From positions 14,634,001-14,698,000 of the forward strand of contig NC_058368.1 of assembly GCF_018350175.1 (NCBI RefSeq): DNA of 64,000 bases. The letters run 5' to 3'. The DNA is from Felis catus. Its lineage: Eukaryota. Positions 38,039 through 51,347 of the stretch are shown piece after piece. The position numbers and the translations under genes are program-made. The notes beneath the pieces were generated by a model. That model saw only the letters and a list, made by a program, of their open reading frames with translations. It did not search any database and was not told where the DNA came from. Position 1 is the first letter of the stretch. Each line of letters starts with the position of its first letter.

Positions 38039-40557
38039 TATTATTTAATGTCAGGGCTCCTTTTTCTTGTGCTAGTCCCCTGAGACTTAGTCTTTGCCCT
38101 GTGAGAACGGGAAAACTGCTGTGGAGTGTAAATGACTTATCCAATGCTATTCTGAAAGTTAATCACAAAGGCAGCCAAACTGGCCAATTTCTAATCCCTA
38201 GCCCCGCCCTGCCTCCCTCGACCTCCCCCAGGTTTTAATGGAGGGTGTGGACATTTTTGAGAGAAAAGCACTCTGCGGGGGGCACAGAAATGTATACATC
38301 AGGGCAGGCCAGCTACTCCTCAAACAACACCTGAAATTTACAGTTGTGCTCTCTCTCTCTCATGCTTGAAATATTAACAATGCTGATTAACATGTGAATT
38401 GTGCCTTAGAGTGGACAAGGCACTTTCCCAGATATTTCTCCAAACAGCTCATTGTTTTGAGCCTGAGTTAAGTTGATGCTTTTTTTAGATTTGTAGTGAA
38501 TAAAGAAGATTCAATAAGCACACAACTAATGTGTACACGCAGCCATACACAGTCCATTTTACAATTTATATTACTAGTTTGTATAGTTTCCATGGAAATG
38601 TTAGTGATGAACTGAGAAACTGATATGGAATTGTATTCAAAATGGTCCAATCATGATATTTAGGGGGAAAAATTCCATAGCCCTTGATCTTCAAATACTA
38701 AGTTAGAGTTTTTTGAGATCTACTTAGATAAAGTTTTAATAAACTCCGATGGATTAGGTTTCAGAATTTATCCCAATTTGATTAAAGTAGGATTTCTCCT
38801 CAAATCTGTGTTGTCTATCCACTGGAAAATTGCCCTGAAGTTCCTGCCCTTAGTCATTGTAAGACTCCCAGAATACCGTGAACAAACCATTATTGAGCAA
38901 CCAAGGCAAACTTAACCAAAGACTAATCAAAATAAAAGACCAAGAAAAACGAAAACAAAAAACAAAGTGACGAAGGTGGAAAGGCACCCTTTCTAGCAGC
39001 CATAAGCCCTCAGTGGGAGCAGAAAACCAGTCCTTTTCATGGACAAGCGTGCTGGCAGTCCATTCCAAAAGCAAGTTGTGGAGTCAAACATTTTGGAATA
39101 GACTTCTATCTGGAATGAATGATGAAAACAGAGTATAGAAGGTCTGGTTTAGTGGAGAATCGCCATGAGATTGTTACTTCCAAAAATTACTGACCGAATA
39201 TTAGCTGACAACAAAGAACACCCACATCTATAGAGACACGAAGGACAGTGCACTTGTACGTTGCATTTCCTTAGAACGAACTCGAGAGAGAGGGCAAGGA
39301 GAATAACTTGGAATTTTAAACTCTCGGCAGCACTGGGAAGCATCTGCAAGAGTCTGCGTTCTATTTAGCACCGTGAGTGGGCTTGTGAGCCAGTTACTCA
39401 CATGTAGCTCACTGTGGAAAGGGTTCAACCAAAAAACACGAAATGCAAACGGTACGAGAACGTGTATGCATACATTTGTGCCATCTGCAAATTCTGGAAG
39501 CTCATATCAAATATTTAGTAACCCGGATCTGGGACTGATTGTACTGAGTGTGTCACTTATCCGTCTTTAGTTTATCTGGGGCTCTAGTGGAGCCAAAAAA
39601 GAAACAAAGAAAGGAAATAAAGACACCCGAAGAAGTGGTAAAACAGTACCGTTCATGAGCAATAAAGTACTGTTCAATAGCATATATGCTTTTTAAAATT
39701 CGACATTGTAGTGTGTAAGTTCTTTGTTTAGAAAAGAAAAACCAGCTCAAGCGATTTCACATTGAGTATGCTGTTAAAATTTACATACTCTGAAAAAAGA
39801 GGAAATTATTAAAAACTCAAGTAATCTGGGACCTGAATATATTTACTCTAGAATATGACACCAGGAAGTATGAGGTTTCATTATTTCTCTGCCCAATTTA
39901 ATCTTTGCCTAGAGCTGCTATCAAATTGCATAAAGTGTATGTCTGCATGTATAGAACAGAAAAAAAAAAATCCTTGTGCAGCCACATCAATAAAATGGTA
40001 AATGGTAAAAGACTTTCAACTTTAAAAACAAATTTCTAAGGAGCAAGACTCCGTTATTTCTTTGGGTGTTCACAGCAGTTCAGTTTCACTGAAAATCGTG
40101 CTGCGCAAGCCTTCTGCTATGTTTTGGCTTTCCTTTGGGTCTCGTACAAAGATCTATAGTGTTCCGATCTCTCTCTGCAGTGTTGTCTCTCCCGGCTTCC
40201 CTCTCCCTCCAGGTCCTGGCAAAAGGACACTGTGAACTCTTTTTCTCAGAGTCCCAAAGTTTGCATTGGCACAGAGTTCACGGTGGGGGAGGTTTTCTCC
40301 TTTAAAAAATAAATCATGAAATTAATATGTACCGCGAGACACCCTGGAGGTGTTGGATAATGATGTGACTCCTAGGGAAACGTTCGGCGAAAACACATAA
40401 TGTATATAAGCCCCGAGCCTCCCCCAGTGCATTCAATGGTCGAGCTGTCTAAAGAAATGACCCACTCTGCTGTCTCTGGGTGGACTCTCCTGAGTAATGC
40501 CTGTCTCTTAGGTGGATTGCTTTTACAAAGTTATAGGTGGATATTTCAGATGCTTAC

Positions 40558-40671
40558 TGCTATGACAGAAACTCCAGCTGCGGTGCTATTCGGCTTGGGG
40601 CCTGTGTTGAAATGCTTCTTTATCTTTCCAGCTACTGACAGCTGATGTTCATTTTCTGGGAGGCCGTCATC
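40558..40671 (-). CDS. DCLK1: DCLK1 C-terminal regulatory tail exon (shared by both tail isoforms)
   Basis: [38 protein letters not shown]; very long polypyrimidine tract ending CCCCAG, donor GCA|GTAAGC; 114 nt, phase 0 to 0. Confidence 0.97.
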
Positions 40672-43600
40672 CTGGGGAAAAAAAAAAAAAGAAATGAAGA
40701 AAAGAAGAAAAAGAAAAAAAATGAGATAGATGGAAAATGAGGCCAAGATCTTCCAGTAGCAGGCGGTGATCTTAGAATTTGTAAGATTTCAGAAATAAAC
40801 TAACCAATGTCTTCTCATTAAACACGGTTGTTGGAAGTACTGCTCTGAGGTCTCACTCATTTCCACATCTGCCCGAAAATCAATTTGCCGTGTCATTCTG
40901 TCCCTAAATAAAAAGTTTTTATTTCTGTGTTTGGTTTCTAATAAAATTGATTTCAGCCATGACCCTAGGGACATATGTCAAAAAGCAAGTTAAATCTGAA
41001 CAACCCTCCCCCACCCCAAATCAATGTAAACATCTTCTTTTTTTTTTTTTTCTGAACCAAGAGTTTTATCCTTTTAGCCCATCATTCAGGCCCCAAAATG
41101 AAAAAACTGACAGTCTTGGGCTCATGCAAGGGCCCGTAAATAAACTCAGCCTGGTTCCACAGCTACTCAATCGACCATTCTATAATCCCAGACAATCTTC
41201 CAGGCAAAAAGTTCTTCCTTGAGTTTTAAATCCTCCTTACTGCCTTCAAATCATCTGTTATTTTGACATACTTCACATTGGAGCTCATTTTAACGAAGGC
41301 TTCTGCTCTCTGCCGGAGCTGTCTATGATGGAGGCTAGACAGATTGCTCCCTTTTGCTAAATACTGTTAGGATAACAATAACCAGAGCCATAAGTATGTG
41401 CCACCACTTACTAGCTCATGTTGAAAAGGCTGCCCAATCCTCGAAGACAGAGACTGTGTTTTGTTCACTACAGAACCCTCGGGTCTCAGCAAAGTGCTTT
41501 GGCACATGGTAGATGCTTACTACATATTTGTGGAATAAATGAATGAATGGATAATAAAGTGTTTGTTACTATCTGTTAAAACCAAATTCCTGGCAAGACT
41601 TCAAGGCCATTCATCATTTCCTTCTCTCTTTCCTTTCCGTCATTTTGCATGTTATTTCTTGGCTCCACCCAGGAAAATAAATTGCTGCTTCCCTGGCATA
41701 ACATGCTTGCCCTTTCACATAACCTAGTCTCTCCTGCTTTCAGTACTTGGCTATTCATTTATTTAGTAGCAGCTGCACGTCTACAGTGGACCAGGTACTA
41801 CGGTGGCAAGAGGTGGGGGAAGATGGGGAGCAAACATAGGCATGGGTTTTGTTCTTATGGGCCTGACGGCCTCTCTGTTTCTTCAAAACATGGGTCCACA
41901 TCACCTGTTCCAAAACATTTTTCCCCTACTAAGCAAAATTCATTATATTGGTTCTTCTGTAAACTCCTAATGCTTTTTCATTATATATATATTTGCACTA
42001 TTTACATTCTTCTGATGTTAGGTGATTTTGTATGTACACGTGTAATTAACATATATAGTTTATATATATATGATATATAATCAACTCTGAACTCCTGTCC
42101 CTTTTGTACCACATCGTCCATATCTTCTATAATCTTTTATATTAGCACTGGTTCAGTTCCCTGCTCACAGTGGATAGCCAATTTATGATATTCTTGGACA
42201 GATTTATTAATGGCTAGAAGAAAGAACCATTATTATGCTTATTAAGTCACATCAGAAACCAAATCTCAAGGAAGGATGCTTTGCAGTGATTGCAGAGTAA
42301 ATTCAAAAAGTTTTTTTAAAAATCGACACTCTGAAAAGAGTCAGGAATAAAGTGAAGGTCAATTAGGGTAACAGTGGGATAATATTTGGGAAGGGAAGAG
42401 AAACAGGGACATATGAAGTACTTCCTCTGTCCGGGGCTATGCCAGGGATGGCAGGGGGTGGGAGAAAAATGATCTGTGCCCACCAGAACCTTGAGGGCTG
42501 AGAGACAAAGTAGGCACACACAATGTCAAATAATAAAGCAGATCAAGAAGATAAGAAAGAGCTGTCAGGAGGCATGTAGCCTCATGGCTCAGCTAGAAAC
42601 ACGGAAGGAGTTCAGAGGAGAGAGGACATATTTTCAGTTGTGAACAGAGAAGACTTCAAGAGGAATATGGGCTCCAGCCTGGTCCTTAACGAGGGGGAGC
42701 GATTTATGGGTAGAGAGGAGGAAATCAATGTTTTGGTGTACAGATGTGAGTGAGTGGGACTCACTCAGTGTGAGTCTCATTGCCAAACAGTGAGTTAAGC
42801 AGTTTATCTCTAGTTAAGAGTATGTAGGAGAATAATGATGGAGAAAGCTGAAAAAAAAAATCAAAACAAAACAAAACCAAAAACAGACTGGCCACACATG
42901 ACTATGAGAAATACCTGGAAATGGAAGATTTAATCTCTTTCAGGAATAAAAGCAATGCTTTTTAATAAGAGGGGTGTAAGGGTAGGAGGCAGAGAGGACT
43001 AATGGCCCTTTACTCACATAGATTTAGAATTATGCAACCCAGAGGTTTAAACACAAGGGTGAATTCAATGGTGTATGTGAAACACTTTTTTAATGGTGGA
43101 GGAAACAAGAGGCCACTGAATCTAAGTTAGAATTCTGGGAGCATTTAAACATTTGATGAGGGATGAAATGATTAGTGTCATGTATTAGTGTCATGCATTT
43201 GGCATAGGTTGGGGCTCTGCCTGAGTGAAAGGGAGCAGCCTGACAGAAGGGGTCCCCCCCAAGATTATACATGTACGCGTAATCATCTCTTAATAGATTT
43301 CCAGGCTAGCTGAGTCAAAGTGATTTGTATGCATTTTAGATTAAAAGCGAATTTGAAAAACTTAATCGGGAAGTAGGCTGAAGGAAGGTTTTTGTCTTTA
43401 GGACTCCCCCCCCCCCCCCCCCGCCAAAAAAAAAGACACCTTGAGCATATCTGGAGTCTCAGGATCAGAAGTTGCTGAAAAGGAAGAGCCGGAAGACAGG
43501 AGAAAGGGGCTAATCAGGGTGAGGGGAAGGGATGGAAGGGAAATGAAGCAGTCTGCCCTGGGGAAATGCAAGTTTACCTCTTTCTCTGAGGTAAGGTGAA

Positions 43601-43689
43601 GGAAGGAGAGAGTGTGGCCCATTTGGAGGTGGAAGGGAGCGAAGATAAAAGAGAAAGCCAGGAAGAAGAAGGTGACACAAGTGTTAACT

Positions 43690-43895
43690 GCTATGTGGCC
43701 CTGGGTGAGGGGTTTACATACACTGTCCCCTTAATCCTCAGATTATCCTCTATGACAGGCATTATCCGTCCCATTTTGAAGATGAGCAAACTGAGGCTCA
43801 GCAAAGGTTAACTAATTTGCTCAAGGTCACATAGCTACAAAGTAGTTGAGTCAGGACTGAACCAAGTCTGAAAGTATTCTTTCCATGACACCACA
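43690..43895 (-). mobile_element. MIR SINE
   Basis: CCCATTTTGAAGATGAGCAAACTGAGGCTCAGCAAAGGTTAACTAATTTGCTCAAGGTCACATAGCT. Confidence 0.85.
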
Positions 43896-46543
43896 TTGTA
43901 TCCATCCAGGGCATTCGTTAGCACGGCATCAGTTACAAAAGGGCTCCCTCAGGGTTAAGTGGAAGGATCCCAACTTTTCCATGATGAAAATGGCGCAATG
44001 GCAAGGAGAAAGAAGGATTCAATTGGAGACTGAAAAAAAACCAGAGAATACCTGGACAGGCCTCAGTGGAACCTGGGATGGCATCTGGATGAAGGTCAGT
44101 AAAAGGAATAGTGAGCACTTCAGGGAGCCCAGTGGAATGCAGTTGACTTTTATGTCAAGGAGAGACTAGATGTCTACTATCCAGAGCCGGGCTCTCCAAT
44201 CCTATGTGAAGCAGGTGGCGCTCTAAGGCCTGACTGACACCGGATGACACAAAGTTGCAGAGGGTCCCAGTGTGGTCCTGTGATCCACACAGGCTGTGGT
44301 TAACAGGCTGGGTGGGATTATAGAGACAACACACGGTAGGGATTCCACAGGAGTGGCCCCTTTCCGACTTCCTGAGGGAGAGGTATTCCTGCCATCTCCT
44401 CACTTCCTCACCGGGGCCATTGTAGCCTGAAATTTCCTTTACCTGGCTTTTTTCCCTCTGCCAGTTCCTGAGCTCAGAGTTTGCTTTCTCACCACCCTCA
44501 GCATGGACTTCGTTATCATTTCCCGGCTCTGTCCTGGTCCTAATCTCCTGTCAAGACTCCTAGCAACTCTTTTAGATGTTGGGTCCTGGGGGTTCAGGCC
44601 TCCAGCTTCAAATTCTCGTGAAGCTTTCAGCTTCCCTTGGGTTATTAGTGCACGCTGAAGCAATGAAAGTCCCGAAACAACCCTCACACGTTGTCAGAGA
44701 TGCTTCTGACTTCATAAATCTTAAAACATTTCAGGTTTTTTTTCCCCAATGAAATAAAGAGTCTCAGCTAGAGAATGTGGGGAGGGAGCGTGCACACACA
44801 CACACACACACACACACCTCACATCAACTGAAAGTCTGCAGAGTTTTATATCAATTTTGAAGGCTTTGAGCATAATTGGATTAAAAGACATAAACAACTG
44901 ACTTTGCAGGCCCCTAATCTGTACCTGAGGCATACGGATTGATGATGGAGATTTAGTTAACTTACTGTCTTGCATCAATAAAATAAATAGGGCCATTAAA
45001 AACATACATTTTTATATATACATCTTTATCGCCGTTATTCTGAATAGACTGTGTGCCAAAAATGTGCTATGAATTTTCGAAACGTGACAAACCTGGCAGT
45101 GTGTTACAAATAGTTATAGTATTATTACCATACGTTCTGGTATGTAGTTTCTGGGAGTAGTTTCTGAAGTTTGACACGGGCTGGTTGTGGTTTGAGGTTA
45201 GTGGTTTTTGATTTAGAAATTCCCATCCACCACGTGGCAGAGCATTGCAGCTGACAAGAACAAAATTAGTTTGCAAAATGGAAAATGAACTCTCACAGCT
45301 GTCTGTAGGAGACCTAGCCTCCTGGTCTCCATTTCTCCAGCGGATGTTGGGGAGCAGCTGCGAGGAGGGGTGTGGGGGCTTGGATGTGAAGTCACTCGGC
45401 GGAGTAAATTCCCCTCTTTCCTCAGGGAAACCATTCCAGGGGTCATGCTTTAGAAAACCCTCCTCCCCTCGTGGGTTTTTGCTTTTGACTCGTGGATCTG
45501 GTTTTCAGTCAATTCATTACCAGGCTCTATTATTAATAATATCTGTGAATTTATGAGAAGGCATGGCAGTCGTGAGCAGTTTACTACCAGAATATCCCTA
45601 TTTAGTTTTAAGTCATCTCTCAAGTACATTAGAGCACTCTTCAATAGCAGCTTCATTTGGCATCCCAGGGCTTGGCCTCTTGATTCTTGTTAACCGTCTC
45701 CAGCTGTACGGCACCCAGGACCTTTGACTCTCTCCAGCTTGGCCCTATACATCCCCTATGTCTACAATTCGCACTGCACTTGAGGAGAAAATGTGAAGTA
45801 AATTAAGATGTAGCTTGGAGAAAGGGCAGGATAAGATGCCTAAATGGAAACTTGAATTCCAGGTCATCATTTGTAATTCATGAATATAAATAGGTGGTTT
45901 TATTTATTATTACAGTATCACTAGGGGTTCTCTTAATTTCTAACAAATTCTGCCAGCACAAGATGAATGCGTGTAAATTTTTGTGTGGGGAGAGCTGCTT
46001 TTAATTAGCATGGAATATCGTGGTAGATTATCCAGGCTCTTGATTTTTCTTCTTCCTCTTTTTCTTCATTCTTTTTGGATAGCTTGGCTTAGTAGTATCT
46101 TTTCAAAAGAGGAGGTACGCAAGAAAAAGGAAGTTAAATAAAATTGAAAGGCCAGGAAGGTGATAGGAAGTCTTGAATTGGCTAAATAATGACCCTTGAC
46201 TTAATTAGACCAGTACTTTGCACCAGGACAGAGGTTCTGAATCTTGGGAACTCTTAAAATTCCTGATGCCTTCCCAGATGCCCATGTAGACCAATTCAGA
46301 ACCTTCAAAGGCAAAATCCAGGCATCAGACCTTGTGCTAGAAACTCCACCGAGCTTCATGCTAGAGATTTCTTTGAGGCTCAGTTTCCTCATCAATAAAA
46401 CCAGGAAAATAACTGGTGGCAAAACACAGACTCATAATATTACAGCATTGAGTTGGACCTTCATCCTAGTATCAGGAGAATAACATCAGATAAAGCAGGT
46501 TGGCACTTTAAAAATAAAAATGCAGTAACAGTAATATATTTGA

Positions 46544-46761
46544 GGGGTGCCTGAATGGCTCAGTTAAGCATCTGACTTCAGCTCAGGTCATGATCTCACC
46601 ATTCGTGGGTTTGAGCCCTGCATCAGGCTCTGTGCTGACAGCTCAGAGCCTGTAGTCTGCTTTGGATTCTGTGTCTCCCTCTCTCTGCCCCTCCCCTACT
46701 CATGCTCTGTCTCTCTGTCTCTCAAAAATAAATAAATGTTAAAAAATTAAAAAATATATAT
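46544..46761 (+). mobile_element. Feliform CAN-SINE
   Basis: Typical structure; TSD AGTAATAT(A/G)TTTG at 46530-46542 and 46762-46774. Confidence 0.93.
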
Positions 46762-47330
46762 AGTAATATGTTTGGGATATTACAATGGTGATAATTTAAT
46801 TCTATTTACAAATAAGAATTTTATTTCTGGAAGTGTCAATTAAGTTTATGAACTTATCACTAGCCTACATTTTCTATCAACGAAGTGTCGCTTGGGGGAA
46901 AGTGACTCAACCTTGTCCTCAGTCCCTGGAGTGATCAAGATGTATGTTGCCTATTTCAGTCTCTTATGTGCCTAAATCCTGTGGTTCTCCACTAGATGAC
47001 TACTAAGATAAATAAACTTAGCCAGGATGAGGAATAGCTGTGATACTGGAGAACACAGTAGAGCCAATAATGCACACACCATGTATGTAGTGCTTGGAGC
47101 ACTAACAGAATTTTTTTCTTTTATTTTGTATGAGGGGGTTTTCCTTCTTAATCAAACTTCTCATACACCAGCAATTCGCATTTCATCAGCCCATAGCGAC
47201 AGGTGAGGGTTACTGTCTCTCTTAGACCCAAATTCCCCAGATATTTATCAAGTACGTACACAGTGCTAGTGCTTGCAGACTGACTCTCAGGCTCTTCAGA
47301 TATCTAATCCCTTCTTCATCCTTGTAACAG

Positions 47331-47444
47331 CCCAAGAGGCTGATTCTATTATCTCCATTTCACTGTCACAAAAACAGGTCATTTCACTCCTTTGAACCTG
47401 TTTTTGTGACAGTGAAATGGAGATAATAGAATCAGCCTCTTGGG
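47331..47444. repeat. Perfect 49-bp inverted repeat with a 16-nt spacer, within a MIR relic
   Basis: 47331-47379 is the exact reverse complement of 47396-47444. Confidence 0.97.
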
Positions 47445-49005
47445 TTGATTCCAAGGTTACACAGGAGGGTAAGCTGATGTTCCTGGGAGTCCACATTCCT
47501 CTCCTAGACACCTGGCTGCACACTGATGCTGCCATTGCCCATCTGGTTTGCTAGAACAATCCACCAAGAGGACTCACTCATGACTCTTCCAGCAACAGAG
47601 CAGAGGCCCAGAACACCAAGGAACACGGTGGGATCCCCACCCGGAGCGAATGAAAAGTGAGCCGAGAGGTAAGGTTATAAAACAAGTGACTTTCGCTGAC
47701 TAGATTTTCCGATTCTGTTGCCCTACTCTCTATTTCATAAGAGACTGCCTTTTCAATTCCAAAGGCACCAAGTGAAAAGGTCACTGTATAAGCAACAGAG
47801 AAAATGAGGACAAATGAGGGAACAGGAAATGCTTTCTGATGACTTCCTCGGGGCTCATATAATTATTATTACCTTTTACCCCCTAAGGTAGAGTCCTCGG
47901 TGGTAATCAGATATAATTTGATCACCAAATGCAAAATGCCTTGTTAAATGGACTTCCTTTTAAATTCCTAACATATTTATTTTGATTGCTTGCTTCATTT
48001 TGTTGCCCTGGGAGACCTCCACGAATACTAAATGCTGGTTATGAGAGCTTATGTATGTTTTTTTCATTTATGTTTTTGAGACAATAGTCATTTTTCTGAT
48101 TTAGTCACTACATAAATGTAATTTCAAAAGTTAAGCAGTCACTTCACACATTTTGGGGGTTTTTAAAAATATGTTTAAAGTTTTTGCTCACACCAATATT
48201 TTTTCCCCTTAGAATCTAAGGCCTATTAGAATTACATAACTTTTTTTTTTTAGTTTATAATCTCCTGGCTAATTCCTTAAATGTTATCCTTGCTTTTAGG
48301 AAATGTCTTTAGGGAATCTGAGAGGGAAAACTAAAACGAGAGCAGAAGTCCAAGTTTTAGAGGGAGTGGCTGAGCCTAATTATCAGCAAAGTGGGACCAT
48401 GTGTAAAAAATGTGTACAAAGCAGGTTGCCAAGGCAGAAAGTTACTGCTGAGACATGTACATGCTGCCTTAGGAAAAGGAGGAACCTAGTTTTTCAAAGG
48501 CAACAGCCAAAAGTCTTCTTAATTTTTTTTCTTGAACCCCCTGAGTTGGGATACGTAAGGAGATAGGGTCATTTGGTTTGTAATCAGGCTAAGGCTGTTT
48601 CCAACTGCATTCCAGCCCCCTCACACATACAGACGAATCTGCTCACCTTCACAAAGTTATCTTAACACAAATATGAAGATCCCACTGGAGCTTGCTGTGT
48701 CGGACAGCCTCCCCCACGTAATCCTTTGTAGCACCCCTCTCCCCACACCGACGATGGCTGGAGGAGCCCTTCTGTCTCATTCTATCACAGCTTCCAAGGA
48801 CAGGCTTGGCAAGCAGTGGTCCTCTGATGAAAACGTATTTAAAAATGGCTGTGTACAGTCTACGGATCTCTTTCCTCTATGGCTCGTTGTTAGCCTTCCA
48901 AGGCCATGTTTCAAATTCAGATTCTCTGGTTTATTCTGTGTGATCATAGTCCCACCGTTTCTAGTGCTAACATCCAATTTGACAATTTGTAGATCATGGG
49001 CTTTT

Positions 49006-49242
49006 TTTTTTTTGTTTTTAATGTTTATTTAATGTTTTGTTTTTAATGTTTATTTATTGTTGAGAGAAAGAGAGAGACAAGAGTGTGAGCTGGTGAGGGG
49101 CAGAGAGAGGGAGACACAGAATCTGAAGCAGGCTCCAGGCTCCGAGGTGTCAGCACAGAGCCCGACGCGGGGCCCGAACCCACGAACCACGAGATCAAGA
49201 CCTGAGCTGAGGTCGGACGCTCTGAGCTGGGTCCAGGCACCC
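49006..49242 (-). mobile_element. Feliform CAN-SINE
   Basis: Antisense SINE; TSD GAT(C/T)ATGGGCTTTT on both sides. Confidence 0.92.
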
Positions 49243-49935
49243 TGATTATGGGCTTTTAATTAGCATGTAGATCAATCAGAACAAACTGCTGCCACCAAGA
49301 CGGGCTGCAGCTGGTTTGTGCCTCTTCCTCCCTGATATCTAAGGGAAAGGTGCCACGACCTAGGTAAGTTACTTCGGCAAGGTTGCTAACTTCTCTGAAC
49401 AATCATGATAACCATATGATGTACATATGCATTCTTGTGCAATATTCACAGTGCTTTCACACAGAACAAAGGATGGGTAAATGCAAAAGTGGTGCATGGG
49501 GCTTTATCCTTGGGGGGGAGGACATCTGGCAGAAAATTCTGGCTCCATCTAAACTTGGCTACTTCGGGTAAGTCACTCATCATAGTCTCAGTCTCCTCCT
49601 CTGTAAAATGGGTACAACAATACCCACTCTGCCTATCTTCTAAGTTTATTATTAGGCTTAGGTGAGATGCTTCCTAACTTCTCCCACTTCACAGAAAAGG
49701 ATAACTTTTGTTTAGCACCCTGGGGTAAATGCAAAGGTTTTGAGGCTGGAGATGACCACTCCTGGACTCTAGCTGCTCTGCCTGACTATCCCAAGGGCTG
49801 GGATTAATACCTCTACACGCGTGTATGCCAACTGGGGAGCTTTGATATATGAAAATATTTAAAACAAACTTTAGCTATCTATCTATACACACTCACATTC
49901 ACATATATCCTCCTGATATATATGTGTGTGTATAT

Positions 49936-50430
49936 TGTACCCCAATGTTTATAGCAGCACTCTCAACAATAGCCAAATTACGGAAAGAGCCTAAATGTCC
50001 ATCAACTGATGAATGGATAAAGAAATTGTGGTTTATATACACAATGGAATATTACGTGGCAATGAGAAAGAATGAAATATGGCCTTTTGTAGCAACGTGG
50101 ATGGAACTGGAGAGTGTTAGGCTAAGTGAAATAAGTCATACAGAGAAAGACAGATACCATATGTTTTCACACTTATGTGGATCCTGAGAAACTTAACAGA
50201 AGACCATGGGGGAGGGGAAGGAAATAAAAGTTAGAGAGGGAGGGAGCCAAACCATAAAAAGACCCTTAAAAACTGAGAACAATCTGAGGGTTGATGGGGA
50301 GTGGGAGGGAGGGAGGGCGGGTGATGGGTATTGAGGAGGCACCTGTTGGGATGAGCACTGGGTGTTGTATGGAAGCCAATCTGACAATAAATTTCATATT
50401 AAAAAATAATAAATAAAATAAAATAAAATA
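49936..50430 (+). mobile_element. Young 5'-truncated felid L1 (ORF2 C-terminus, 3' UTR, A-rich tail)
   Basis: Encodes CTPMFIAALSTIAKLRKEPKCPSTDEWIKK...EKDRYHMFSHLCGS* (L1 ORF2 end); 3' UTR closely similar to the copy at 12188-12461. Confidence 0.96.
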
Positions 50431-51203
50431 CAGAAGAAAAACATATAGAACACCAATTTCATTTCTAAACAAATTACACAATCTAGGAAATGTAGGGATA
50501 GAAGCATCAATTAATAATTTGAGTTATAAAAAATATATGTGTGTGTGTGTATATCTGTGTGTGCATATGTGTGTGTGTATACCTGTGTGTGTGTATACAT
50601 ATATATGTAAAGTACTAACCTAGGCCCATGGTCATCATATGGCAGAACATGTACAAGACCCCAACCTCTTGTCACTTCAGATACAGTCTGTCTCAACACT
50701 GTGCTTTCAATTTTCCTTAACAATTAGCGGTTTAGGAAAAAGACATGTGGCTAATCACCGAGGTGACAATTTAGAGAAGTGGAACATTTTGTTGCCTTCA
50801 ACTCACAGCCAGATCACTCAAAGCAGTAGAAAGGCTGGCAAAATTTCAATCATCGAGCTAACGATTGTAACCTTGTTCCTGTCTGTGTTCGTGTCCATAT
50901 CCACGTGCAAATCTGTGTCTGTCTTCTACTTTGGCAGTACGAACCATTAAACTTAGGTATGGAACTTCCACATGTGAGTGAGGGTTACAGGAGTACCTAG
51001 ATTCTACACTTGTTAGGAAGAACATAATCAGCTCATGTATGTGAACTACTCAAAAGAGTCGTGGGGAGACTTTCTAAGTGAAGCACTCTATACGTATTTA
51101 TTACTATTCAAAACAAATCTTATCAATCAGTTGTAAAGAGATACAGGAACAAAACAGAATGACTGCACTCTGGAGAATTCTTTCATAAAGATGTATCATT
51201 AGA

Positions 51204-51347
51204 CTGTAGTATTCAAATAGTGGCAGCAGCAGCAGCAGCATCTGGGAGCTTTTAGAAATTCAGAGCCTCACATCTACTACATTAGAATCTGCATTTTAAC
51301 AAGATCCCCAGGTGACTTGTGAGCACATTCAAGTTCAAGAAGTGCTG
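51204..51347. mobile_element. MER5-type (hAT-Charlie) element
   Basis: CAGCATCTGGGAGCTTTTAGAAATTCAGA...GAATCTGCATTTTAACAAGATCCCCAGGTGA. Confidence 0.75.

Noticed and set aside
40546..40557. Read-through of the VSVIA donor giving ...VSVIAVSI* (tail-less kinase via intronic polyadenylation)
   Set aside because: The donor is strong (GCA|GTAAGC) and I found no minus-strand AATAAA close downstream; nothing supports it beyond the in-frame stop.
42759..42777. Short inverted repeat GACTCAC-TCAGT-GTGAGTC
   Set aside because: 7-bp arms are expected by chance in 64 kb.
49849..50187. 112-aa ORF with a protein-like C-terminal part
   Set aside because: It is the C-terminus of L1 ORF2 in a 5'-truncated copy, joined to upstream low-complexity sequence; not an independent gene.
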